A stretch of 64,000 nucleotides of DNA, taken from contig CALJGL010000011.1 in assembly GCA_938075155.1 (NCBI GenBank), positions 78,992-142,991 on the forward strand. Reading direction: 5' to 3'. The notes under the pieces were generated by a model. The model did no database searches, had not been told where the DNA came from, and worked only from the letters and a program-made list of their open reading frames with translations. This DNA is from an uncultured bacterium (GTDB lineage: Bacteria; Planctomycetota; UBA8108; UBA1146). Position 1 is the first letter of the stretch. The number at the start of each line of letters is the position of its first letter. Made by a program: the position numbers and the translations under genes. This document shows positions 39,608 through 47,959 of this stretch, piece after piece.

Positions 39608-40006
39608 ATGAAACCGATTCGAAAAGCCCGAATCACCAGCCTTATTAAGGAAGAGATCTCCATGATTCTTCAGGGAGAGCTCAAAGACCCCCGGATCGGC
39701 TTCGTTTCGGTCTTGGGGGCCGAACCCACGATCGACCTCAAGGAGTGTAAAATCTTCGTGTCGATTTTGGGATCAGAGAGTGAGCAACGAACTTCTCTCA
39801 GAGGGCTCGAGGCTGCCCGCGGTAGAATCCAGGCGCTGCTTCGTTCTCGTGTCCGCTTGCGAGAGACTCCCATCCTCAAATTCATTCTCGATGAGAGTTA
39901 CAAAAAAACTCTCGATATTGAGGATAAGATTCGCAAGGCACGGGAAGAAGATGAGGCGGCGGCAGAAGAGAGAGATTCAAGAGCCGATCAAGATTCGGCA
40001 AACTGA
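39608..40006 (+). CDS. rbfA: Ribosome-binding factor A
   Basis: ELKDPRIGFVS, DLK..KIFVS, LR.TP.LKF.LDES; follows infB. Confidence 0.95.
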   Translation: MKPIRKARITSLIKEEISMILQGELKDPRIGFVSVLGAEPTIDLKECKIFVSILGSESEQRTSLRGLEAARGRIQALLRSRVRLRETPILKFILDESYKKTLDIEDKIRKAREEDEAAAEERDSRADQDSAN

Positions 40007-40008
40007 CT

Positions 40009-41421
40009 CTATTCTGAAGTTTCGTTCCCCTCAACGATGACGCATCTATCTTTTCCACTTCTCTTGGCTTCATAAAGGGCCGAGTCTGCCTCGTCTAAAA
40101 GAGATTCGGCATTGAGCCCGTCACGCAGCTGTGTCACCCCGAGAGACAGAGATAGACGACTCGCTTCCGCAGCCCGCCCATCTAAGAAGGGATGCGCCCT
40201 GAAAGCCTGCAGGAGCTCCTCCGCTTTATTTTTGACGTCTTCGATAGAGGAACCGGGCATGATCACGACAAACTCATCACCCCCATAGCGGCAAAGGTGG
40301 TCACTCTCTCTGAAATGATCCTTCAGAAATTGGCCCACTTCTACGAGAAGCTGATCTCCCACTAAATGTCCCAAGACATCATTGATCTGCTTAAATCCAT
40401 CCAGATCAGTGAAAAGCAAACCCAAAGGTTTTCCCTCACGACGCGATCGTAGAACTTCTTTTTCTAATTGAGAAGTGAGATGAAGCCTGTTGGAAATTCC
40501 AGTCAAAGGATCCATCAGCGCCTGTTTCTCCAACTGTTCATGGAGTTGCAGGTTTTGAAGAGTCAGGGACAGAACCTCAGCGATAGTACCGAGAACCTCT
40601 TCATGCCATTCCATCAAGAGTGGAGCTTCTTGAAGAAGTTGAAGCTCCCGCGGATCGACTCTGAGCTCTAAGACGCGATCAACAAGTCCGCTTCCTGTCA
40701 CTAGAGGCAATGACCTGAAAGCAGCGTCTTCGGTATCAGGGAGCTCGTGATGCTGAGGATCAACATCTTCAGCACCCCAGATCAGTTCCCTTTGATCTTC
40801 GTCTGTTTTCCAGAAACTGACAGAGCGGTACCCCAGACCTTCTGAGCTGAGAAGTTGACCCGCACGAGAATAGAATTCTTGTTCCTCGGTCACTCCAATC
40901 AGCAATGTTGAGAGTCTCGGAGCCATTCGAATCTTTTCGGTGAGGTGAAAAATACGCAACGAAGTTCGTACCGCTTCTGAAGCTCTTTTCCTCTGTTCCT
41001 GCATCTGTTTTTCGAGACCGATGCCGCTGTCTTCCAACACCTTGAGGCGATATACCCAGCGCTCTTCTCCGAATGGGCTTAATCTTCGTCCCCCAATAAT
41101 TGCGACAGATCTCCAAGAGTCGCGATCCCGAATTTGAACCATCACCGGAACTGGGTCAGATTCGCCATCTCCCCCTAATGATAAGAGGCGATGGCGATCA
41201 TTCTCATGAATCCATTCCGTCACAGGTCGATCTCTCAAATCACCCTGCTCAGAGATGCCCACCAGGTCCATAAAGGCCCTGTTCACGGCGAGTAATTTCC
41301 GGGACGGCCCGCGGGCCACAATCAGAGGATCGGGAAATAGATCGAGAAGAAGTCGAGATTCTCCCGGATCGGGAGGAAGAGGCCAGTCCCCAGGTCTAGA
41401 AGTCAGGGTGTTATGAGACAT
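40009..41421 (-). CDS. PAS/GAF-like sensor diguanylate cyclase
   Basis: DPLTGISNR, DLDGFKQIND.LGH..GD, RESD I-site, RYGGDEF, AD.ALY.AK.SGK. N-terminal PAS-like VNRAF...WIHENDR. Start uncertain (41421 or 41511). Confidence 0.92.
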   Translation of the reverse strand: MSHNTLTSRPGDWPLPPDPGESRLLLDLFPDPLIVARGPSRKLLAVNRAFMDLVGISEQGDLRDRPVTEWIHENDRHRLLSLGGDGESDPVPVMVQIRDRDSWRSVAIIGGRRLSPFGEERWVYRLKVLEDSGIGLEKQMQEQRKRASEAVRTSLRIFHLTEKIRMAPRLSTLLIGVTEEQEFYSRAGQLLSSEGLGYRSVSFWKTDEDQRELIWGAEDVDPQHHELPDTEDAAFRSLPLVTGSGLVDRVLELRVDPRELQLLQEAPLLMEWHEEVLGTIAEVLSLTLQNLQLHEQLEKQALMDPLTGISNRLHLTSQLEKEVLRSRREGKPLGLLFTDLDGFKQINDVLGHLVGDQLLVEVGQFLKDHFRESDHLCRYGGDEFVVIMPGSSIEDVKNKAEELLQAFRAHPFLDGRAAEASRLSLSLGVTQLRDGLNAESLLDEADSALYEAKRSGKDRCVIVEGNETSE

Positions 41422-41569
41422 TTCGCCATCTTTCCGATCCTGAGGCGGGAGAGATGACCCGCAGAGAAAGATATCATGGTGCTCAAAATACTGCCCCTCC
41501 GGTGGCTTCACCGACTCCTCTCTGATAGGTTCAAATCAGAGTTTTTGGCCCCAGAAAGGTGTTCTGACG

Positions 41570-42400
41570 TTGTTGGACGTATTCAAAGAGTCGATCAGGA
41601 TTCTCGAATCCGGCCGAAGAGCGGCTCTTGCCACGATCATTTCCACGACAGGATCAACACCCGGCAAAGATGGTGCCCGGATGTTGATCCGTGATGACGG
41701 AACCACTGTGGGAACCGTAGGCGGTGGTTGCTCCGAATCCGATATCTGGCGCAGTGCGATGGAAGTCATCGCCACCGGTCGGCCAAGAAGAGAAAAACAT
41801 CGACTGACAGCCGCAACTGTTGCGGAAACTGGCTTACTTTGCGGAGGAGAATTCGAAGTGTATATCGAACCACTAGGATCGCCTTGGGTCATCATCCTCG
41901 GAGCTGGACACGTGGCTCGTGCTCTGGAGTCGGTCCTCTCCACCCTGCAATGGAGAATCAGTGTCATCGACGATCGAGAGGAGTTTGCCTCAGACCAACA
42001 CTTCTCAGAATCCACTGAGGTGACCTGCGTTCCTTTTGAAAACTGCCTCGACCAAATGGAAATCACCGCAAACTGTGCCATCGTCGTCGTCACTCGTGGA
42101 CACCAACATGATGAACTCGCAATTTCCAGATCCCTTCTGACGCCTGCTGGATACGTAGGATTGATCGGGAGCAAAGGAAAGGCGGGAGCCATCATGAAAA
42201 ATCTCCGTGAGCAGGGCTGTGACCCGGAAGAACTCTATCGTGTGAGATCCCCTGTAGGTCTCCCTATCGGCTCTCAATCCCCTGAAGAAATCGCTATCTC
42301 CATCTCTGCCGAGTTGATCGCCCACCACAGAGGACTTCTGGATCCACCCCAACCTCCCTCTGGGAGAGCAAAAAAGAGTGCTTCACAGCCGACTGAATGA
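41570..42400 (+). CDS. xdhC: XdhC/CoxI-family molybdenum cofactor chaperone
   Basis: GSTPGK.GARM, GTVGGGC.E, CGG, GAGHVA, VTRGH.HD, YVGLIGS, SPEEIAISI.AE. Confidence 0.9.
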   Translation: MLDVFKESIRILESGRRAALATIISTTGSTPGKDGARMLIRDDGTTVGTVGGGCSESDIWRSAMEVIATGRPRREKHRLTAATVAETGLLCGGEFEVYIEPLGSPWVIILGAGHVARALESVLSTLQWRISVIDDREEFASDQHFSESTEVTCVPFENCLDQMEITANCAIVVVTRGHQHDELAISRSLLTPAGYVGLIGSKGKAGAIMKNLREQGCDPEELYRVRSPVGLPIGSQSPEEIAISISAELIAHHRGLLDPPQPPSGRAKKSASQPTE

Positions 42401-42410
42401 TCAGCGTCCA

Positions 42411-42439
42411 TTGCCCACGGCCTTCCCTCCGCTTAGAAT
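42411..42439 (+). promoter_or_regulatory. Putative sigma70 promoter for the histone-like gene
   Basis: TTGCCC (42411-16), 17-nt spacer, TAGAAT (42434-39). Confidence 0.5.
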
Positions 42440-42620
42440 CCTCGCCTGAAGGCAGTTACATCTGGAGTCCTGCCCTTTACTTTCGAGACATTTTGGGGAG
42501 TCGGGCCCTCATGCCCCCCCATTTGATCAACTGTGGGGCAAGTCAGGCTTTGACCTGATATTCGCACCCTGACCTGAAGACCTCCTCTACTCCGGGAAGT
42601 CTCCTCTGGAAGGAACCCTG

Positions 42621-43868
42621 ATGTCGGCCAAGACCGCATCCGCAAGCAGTACCACCCCGTCCAAGCCTCCCAAAGGCGGGAGTTTGTCATCGATCGTGGA
42701 AACCGCTTATTCGAACAATTCGACTCTCAAAGAGATTCAGGACCTGAACGTCATCGACTTGATGATGATCGGAGCATTGTCCGCCCGAATGTCGCTCAAA
42801 GAAGTCCTCAAAACATGGGATCTCTTCAAGACGCAATTCGTGGATTGGAACGAATTCAGGATCTCCTCTGCCGCGGAACTCGCAGATACTTTTCCAAAAG
42901 CAGATGATCCTCTGAAACTGGCGATTCAATTGAAAGAAATGCTCACAAGTATCTTTCATATAAGACACCAGGTCAGTCTTGAGTTTCTAAGAGACAACAC
43001 TGTTGCTGAAACTCGAGAGTTCTTCAAAAGATCACCCGGCGTTCCTGATCTCTCCAAACTCCTCATCCTTGCAGCCGTCAAAGAACAAAGTGTGGTGCCA
43101 CTCGAAAATTGGGCACAGGGAGGTCTCGTCCGATCGGGACTTCTTTCAGCAACAAAAACTTCTCCACAGAGGCAAAAAGATCTCTTTGAAGAACTCGGTG
43201 ATATTCCTCTGGTACACGCCGTGCTCGCACTTCACGACGAAGCGAGAAATTACCCGGATCCAGCGATCGAAATTGCACGAAAGAAGAAGGCTGAAGCGGA
43301 GAAAAAAGCAGCGAAGAAGGCTGCAGAGGCCGCACGCAAAGAAGCCGCCAGAATCGCTGCGGAGGAAAAGAAAGCAATAGAAGCCGAGAGGGCTCGCGTC
43401 GCTGCGGAAAAGAAAAAAATCGAAGCTGAGAAGAAAAAGGCGGCAGCGGTGAAGAAGGCTGCAGCTCTGGCAAAGAAAAAAGTGGCGGATGCCGCTCGTA
43501 AAAAGGTAGCTGCGGAAAAGAAAAAACTCGCAGCCGCTAAGAAGAAAGAAGCGGCGGCTAAGAAGAAAGAAGCGGCGGCCAAGAAGAAAGAAGCGACTGC
43601 CAAGAAGAAGGCCGCTAAGAAAAAAGTAGTGAAGAAAGCGACGAAAAAGATCGCCAAAAAGACGGCGAAGAAGGTGACCAAGAAGACTGCCAAGAAGGCC
43701 ACTAAGAAGGCTGCCAAGAAGGTCACTAAGAAGACTGCCAAGAAGGTCACTAAGAAGACCGCAAAGAAGGTCACTAAGAAGACCGCCAAGAAGGTCACTA
43801 AGAAGACTGCAAAGAAGACCGCAAAGAAGACCGCGAAAAAGGGCGCCAAGAAGACTTCACGGAAATAA
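42621..43868 (+). CDS. Degenerate HhH-GPD/endonuclease III-like domain fused to a Lys/Ala-rich histone H1-like tail
   Basis: FVDWNEFRISS..EL helical N-domain, followed by about 200 aa of KKAA/KKTA/KKVT repeats. Confidence 0.75.
   Translation: MSAKTASASSTTPSKPPKGGSLSSIVETAYSNNSTLKEIQDLNVIDLMMIGALSARMSLKEVLKTWDLFKTQFVDWNEFRISSAAELADTFPKADDPLKLAIQLKEMLTSIFHIRHQVSLEFLRDNTVAETREFFKRSPGVPDLSKLLILAAVKEQSVVPLENWAQGGLVRSGLLSATKTSPQRQKDLFEELGDIPLVHAVLALHDEARNYPDPAIEIARKKKAEAEKKAAKKAAEAARKEAARIAAEEKKAIEAERARVAAEKKKIEAEKKKAAAVKKAAALAKKKVADAARKKVAAEKKKLAAAKKKEAAAKKKEAAAKKKEATAKKKAAKKKVVKKATKKIAKKTAKKVTKKTAKKATKKAAKKVTKKTAKKVTKKTAKKVTKKTAKKVTKKTAKKTAKKTAKKGAKKTSRK
43668..43856 (+). repeat. Coding tandem repeats, 24-nt (KKVTKKTA) then 12-nt units
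   Basis: Six near-copies of aagaaggtcactaagaagactgcc, then aagaagaccgcR units. Confidence 0.9.
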
Positions 43869-43934
43869 TCTCACTGGACTTGGACAGTCGGATCACCCTC
43901 GAGGCCAGATCCAAATCCTTGAAGGGACGGAAGC

Positions 43935-44687
43935 GTGGCAGGACATTCCAAATGGGCAGGGATCAAGCATAAGAAAGCGGCCAATGATGCTAAACGCGGT
44001 AAGGTCTTTAGCAAACTTGCAAAGTTAATCACTGTTGCAGCTCGAGATGGTGGAGGCGACGTTCATGGAAACCCCCATCTCAAGCTCATGGTCGATAAAG
44101 CAAAAGCGGCGAATATGCCCAATGACAACATCGACCGTGCCATCAAAAAGGGCACCGGCGAGTTGGCTGCAGAGATCTTGCACGAGTTGGTTTATGAGGG
44201 CTATTCCCCAGGACAAGTAGCACTGGTGATTGATATTCTGACCGATAATAAAAATCGAACAGCCAGCGAACTTCGGAAGTTGTTTGATAAAAAGGGAGGC
44301 TCACTCGGAAGCCCTGGATCAGTCTCATGGATGTTTGAAACCCGGGGAGTGATTGAATTGCCCGACGGGTCCATCAGTGAAGAAGATCTTTTCGAACTGG
44401 CGATCGAAGCGGGCGCAGACGATGTCAAAACAGAAGAAGGCCATCTTCAAATCTTGACCAGTCCGACATCTTTCACTGAAGTTCGTCAGGTCATCACGGC
44501 TGCTAATCTCGAACCGAGTTATGCCGAAGTCACCCGAATCCCCACGAGTACTGTTTCTATTGAGGACGAAAAGACTGCGACAAAAGTTCTGAATTTCATT
44601 GCCGAGGTCGAAGACAACGACGACGTTCAGAATGTGCATTCCAATCTGGACATTTCACCAGACCTATTGGAGAAACTGTCGGGTTGA
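43935..44687 (+). CDS. yebC: YebC/PmpR-family protein
   Basis: MAGHSKWAGIKHKK, NMP.DNI.RAI, YEGY, TDNKNRT, DDVQNVHSN. Confidence 0.97.
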   Translation: MAGHSKWAGIKHKKAANDAKRGKVFSKLAKLITVAARDGGGDVHGNPHLKLMVDKAKAANMPNDNIDRAIKKGTGELAAEILHELVYEGYSPGQVALVIDILTDNKNRTASELRKLFDKKGGSLGSPGSVSWMFETRGVIELPDGSISEEDLFELAIEAGADDVKTEEGHLQILTSPTSFTEVRQVITAANLEPSYAEVTRIPTSTVSIEDEKTATKVLNFIAEVEDNDDVQNVHSNLDISPDLLEKLSG

Positions 44688-45161
44688 TCAGTTCCCGATC
44701 TGGTTATCCACTCGCTGGAAGAAAAAGTCTCTGAAATCCCTAATCGGGGTGCGCTCAGTGAATGATTCGTCCAGTTCATGCCAGTATCGGACTTCCTCGT
44801 CCCCAGGTCTCCAACAGAGGAAGACCTTACGCCCAACATATAATGTGGGGAAGTTGATCACTCCTCGCTTGAACTCCTGAACGAAGCAACCCAGATCTTC
44901 GATTTCTCGAATGTATCCATTTATTCGATCGATACATGCATTCAGATCCTGCTTAAGGCTCTGAGCTGTTCCTTGAAGATCGAGACCCTCCTCATGGGTC
45001 GGATTCTTCTCTAAACACTCCAATTCGGTTCTCTTTTGAATGATAGAGTCCCAAATTCTAACGATATCCTCGACGACATTCTGTACCAAGGGCAACATCT
45101 TGTTGGCCTCGTCAATGGTAACGAGACGGCTTTGATTAGCTGTATTACTGACGGGTCTCAT
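44688..45161 (-). CDS. DUF2203-domain protein
   Basis: T.DEAN.MLP.V, G.I.FP, V.LCWRPG...V.YWH...ESF..R.P. Confidence 0.8.
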   Translation of the reverse strand: MRPVSNTANQSRLVTIDEANKMLPLVQNVVEDIVRIWDSIIQKRTELECLEKNPTHEEGLDLQGTAQSLKQDLNACIDRINGYIREIEDLGCFVQEFKRGVINFPTLYVGRKVFLCWRPGDEEVRYWHELDESFTERTPIRDFRDFFFQRVDNQIGN

Positions 45162-45409
45162 CTCGATCTCCCTACATTTGTGTTTTGAATCTAAGAGTCA
45201 TGTGGCAAGAGCCATGCCAGCCTTTGAGAGCCCCATCTGGAAAAATACTCGTCAGCAGTTCCATTTCTGAACGCTGAAGGCCTCGCATGTCTACGGATTG
45301 GACGTTGTCACCGGTTGACAGGGGCCGTTCAGGACTCGATAACCACCACAAGGGGAATGACTGATCCATAGAGCCTTTTTATAGAGATCTGGAGGTCTGT
45401 TTCCCATAC

Positions 45410-47947
45410 TTGAGGCAGGAGTCCGTTTTGACAGAAACAAAGAGCTATACACAGCATCGTGTACAGAGCTTCACAAAGAACATGACAATGTGCTGCAGCG
45501 GGGTACTGACCCCCATTCATAAGGGAGACCTCCAAACGGACGCCTCCAGATGGATTCTTCGTATTCTGCCCACGTTACTCATTCTGGGTTTGTTTTCTCT
45601 TCTCCAAGCAGTCTCAACCCCACCTCTCTCTGCACAGACCTCCCAAACGTTCCCCAATGACACTCCCCCAGAAGATTCAAGAGTCGCCGAGATTCGGATT
45701 GAGGGGCTCGACCGTTTGGGAACCGCTGAAGTCTTGACTCGATTGAAACTAAAACCAGGATCGATATTTTCGGCTTCTGCACTCGATGCGGATTATCGAC
45801 GACTTTGGGCGAGTGGAGATTTTGTATCTATCTCTCCCCCTAGTATTCGCTCCCTGCCCGAAGGTGTATTGATCACCATTCGGATAGAGGAAAGAAAACC
45901 AGTCAAACAAATATTTATCGAAGGTAATGACTCTCAGTCTGACAAAGTTCTGCTCGGCGCAATACAGACTCAAATTGATGAGCTCTACGACCCATTGGTC
46001 GTGAAAGAAGATGTGGAAGTCATTCGAAGTCGATTGCTCGAGAACGGTTATCCGTTCGCAAAGGTGGGTAGCCGACTTGAGGGTACCCTATCTTACCCGA
46101 TTGTAATTTTCGAAATTGAAGAGGGCCCTCAAGTATTGATCAGGTCCATCGGGTTTCTTGGAGAAGGCAGTATTTCCGTCGATGAAATACTCGCCATCAT
46201 TCAACTTCATCCCCGTGAGTTCATGGGCATCTTCAAGTCTGGGAAATTTGATCCACGCTTGCTGGACTCAGATCTTCGCCAGATTCGTGAATATTACTTC
46301 CTCAAGGGTTTCTTCGATGCTGAGGTTACACTTGAAAGACAAGAATTTTCGCAAGAACTGACACAACTGCGCCTCGTGATCGCCATCGACGAGGGTCCCC
46401 GATATCAAATTGGGCAAGTTGAATTTGATTTCAACGAGACTCCCATCTTTACCAGCGAAGAACTCCGAGAAGTCATGACTGTTGATCACGGTTCTGAATG
46501 GGATGGCGAAAAGATCAAGAATGACGCTGAAGCCATTCGCAAACTCTTCAGTGATAACGCATTCATCGACGCCACGGTGAATCCAACAGTGATCTATCCT
46601 CTCGAAGGCAATGACGTCACTCTCAAGTATGTCATTTCCCAAGGAAGCAAAGTGAGCGTTGGAGAAATCGACATTCGGGGAAATCGTTCCACAAAAGATG
46701 AAGTGATCCGAAGGCAACTAGAGATTTATCCAGGAGAAGAATTCCAACCTTCACAGATTCAAGACAGTCTCAGTAATCTTTATCGATTGCAGTACTTCAA
46801 TCAGATACGCCCCTATTTCGACTCCAGTGGAGCAGCCGGTGACCGACCGGTCGTCTTTGAGTTGTCAGAGGGAAGTACTGGCCGAGCACTCTTTGGAGTG
46901 GGTTACTCCACCAGTACAGGGATCCTTGGAAACATCGCCATCGAGAAGAAGAACTTCGACATTCAAGATTGGCCCACCTCTCTCTCTGACCTCCCTGGAT
47001 CTTTCACAGGTGCAGGACAAAGGCTGATTCTGGAAGCTCAACCCGGAACCGAATATTCCAGATATAGGCTTCAGTTTTTCGAACCCTATCTGTCGGGATC
47101 TGATAACTCATTGAAAGTTTCAGCATTTCGGTCCGTATTGCTAAGATCGAATTACACAGAGGACCGTAATAGTGCAGGCATCACATTGGGACGCCTCTTT
47201 GATCGAGAAGAGAAACTAAGAGGTGAAATCGGATTCCGTGTCGAAGGGGTCACCGTTGAAAATATTTCCTCCACAGCTCCCTCGGTGATCACTGATAGTG
47301 CCGGAAAAACTCCCGTGAATGCTCTCGACTTCAGATTTGATTGGGACCGTCGAGTCTTTCGACCCGACATTGGAGCGGTCAATGGCTGGAATTTCGAATC
47401 CACATACAGTCGATCAGGTGGGTTTCTCGGTGGAGACTTGGATATCAACAAAGTTGATTTGAGTTATGGCTGGTTCAAGACAGTTTTCCAAGAAACCGAC
47501 GAGATGCGACATGTCTTTGCATTCAAAACAGCACTCGGGTATGCACACGCCTATGACGACACTGATTTTATACCGATTTTTGAACGCTATTTCTTGGGTG
47601 GTCCCCGAAGCCTTCGAGGATTCGACTACAGGGGAGCAGGCCCCACCGAGGATGGTGTAGAAATCGGCGGAACGATTCGGCATTACGGTTCCCTAGATTA
47701 CACATGGCCTCTCTTAGAAAACAGCATGAGAGGTACAGTGTTTGCTGATTTCGGAAACCTGTCAGAAGATATCAACAGCTTTGAATTTGACGAGTATCGG
47801 TTAGGTGTCGGCGGAGGAATCATCCTTTATGTTCCTCTTTTTGGTCAGAGATTACCCATCTCCATCACTTGGACAGAAGCAATACTGAAACAAGATAGCG
47901 ATGATACACGGGAGTTTTCATTCGACCTCGGCTGGGTACTTCGCTAA
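45410..47947 (+). CDS. bamA: Outer membrane protein assembly factor BamA
   Basis: POTRA repeats (I.GN..TKD.VIRR), barrel with RYFLGG.RSLRGF and C-terminal FSFDLGW. True start is probably downstream of 45410. Confidence 0.93.
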   Translation: MRQESVLTETKSYTQHRVQSFTKNMTMCCSGVLTPIHKGDLQTDASRWILRILPTLLILGLFSLLQAVSTPPLSAQTSQTFPNDTPPEDSRVAEIRIEGLDRLGTAEVLTRLKLKPGSIFSASALDADYRRLWASGDFVSISPPSIRSLPEGVLITIRIEERKPVKQIFIEGNDSQSDKVLLGAIQTQIDELYDPLVVKEDVEVIRSRLLENGYPFAKVGSRLEGTLSYPIVIFEIEEGPQVLIRSIGFLGEGSISVDEILAIIQLHPREFMGIFKSGKFDPRLLDSDLRQIREYYFLKGFFDAEVTLERQEFSQELTQLRLVIAIDEGPRYQIGQVEFDFNETPIFTSEELREVMTVDHGSEWDGEKIKNDAEAIRKLFSDNAFIDATVNPTVIYPLEGNDVTLKYVISQGSKVSVGEIDIRGNRSTKDEVIRRQLEIYPGEEFQPSQIQDSLSNLYRLQYFNQIRPYFDSSGAAGDRPVVFELSEGSTGRALFGVGYSTSTGILGNIAIEKKNFDIQDWPTSLSDLPGSFTGAGQRLILEAQPGTEYSRYRLQFFEPYLSGSDNSLKVSAFRSVLLRSNYTEDRNSAGITLGRLFDREEKLRGEIGFRVEGVTVENISSTAPSVITDSAGKTPVNALDFRFDWDRRVFRPDIGAVNGWNFESTYSRSGGFLGGDLDINKVDLSYGWFKTVFQETDEMRHVFAFKTALGYAHAYDDTDFIPIFERYFLGGPRSLRGFDYRGAGPTEDGVEIGGTIRHYGSLDYTWPLLENSMRGTVFADFGNLSEDINSFEFDEYRLGVGGGIILYVPLFGQRLPISITWTEAILKQDSDDTREFSFDLGWVLR

Positions 47948-47959
47948 GAGAGCAGTCGT

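Noticed and set aside
43250-43849. 199-aa antisense ORF of FFAV/FLVT repeats that looks like a membrane protein
   Set aside because: It is the mirror of the Lys/Ala codon repeats on the + strand; a shadow ORF.
43668-43856. Tandem repeats as a possible CRISPR array (also 37493-37597)
   Set aside because: No spacers, unit lengths are multiples of three within coding frames, and no cas genes.
45172-45369. 65-aa ORF upstream of the DUF2203 gene and a TGTCA-N5-TGACA dyad at 45306-45320
   Set aside because: The ORF has no motif and lies in the divergent promoter region; the dyad is short and overlaps a TTGACA, so it cannot be distinguished from chance.
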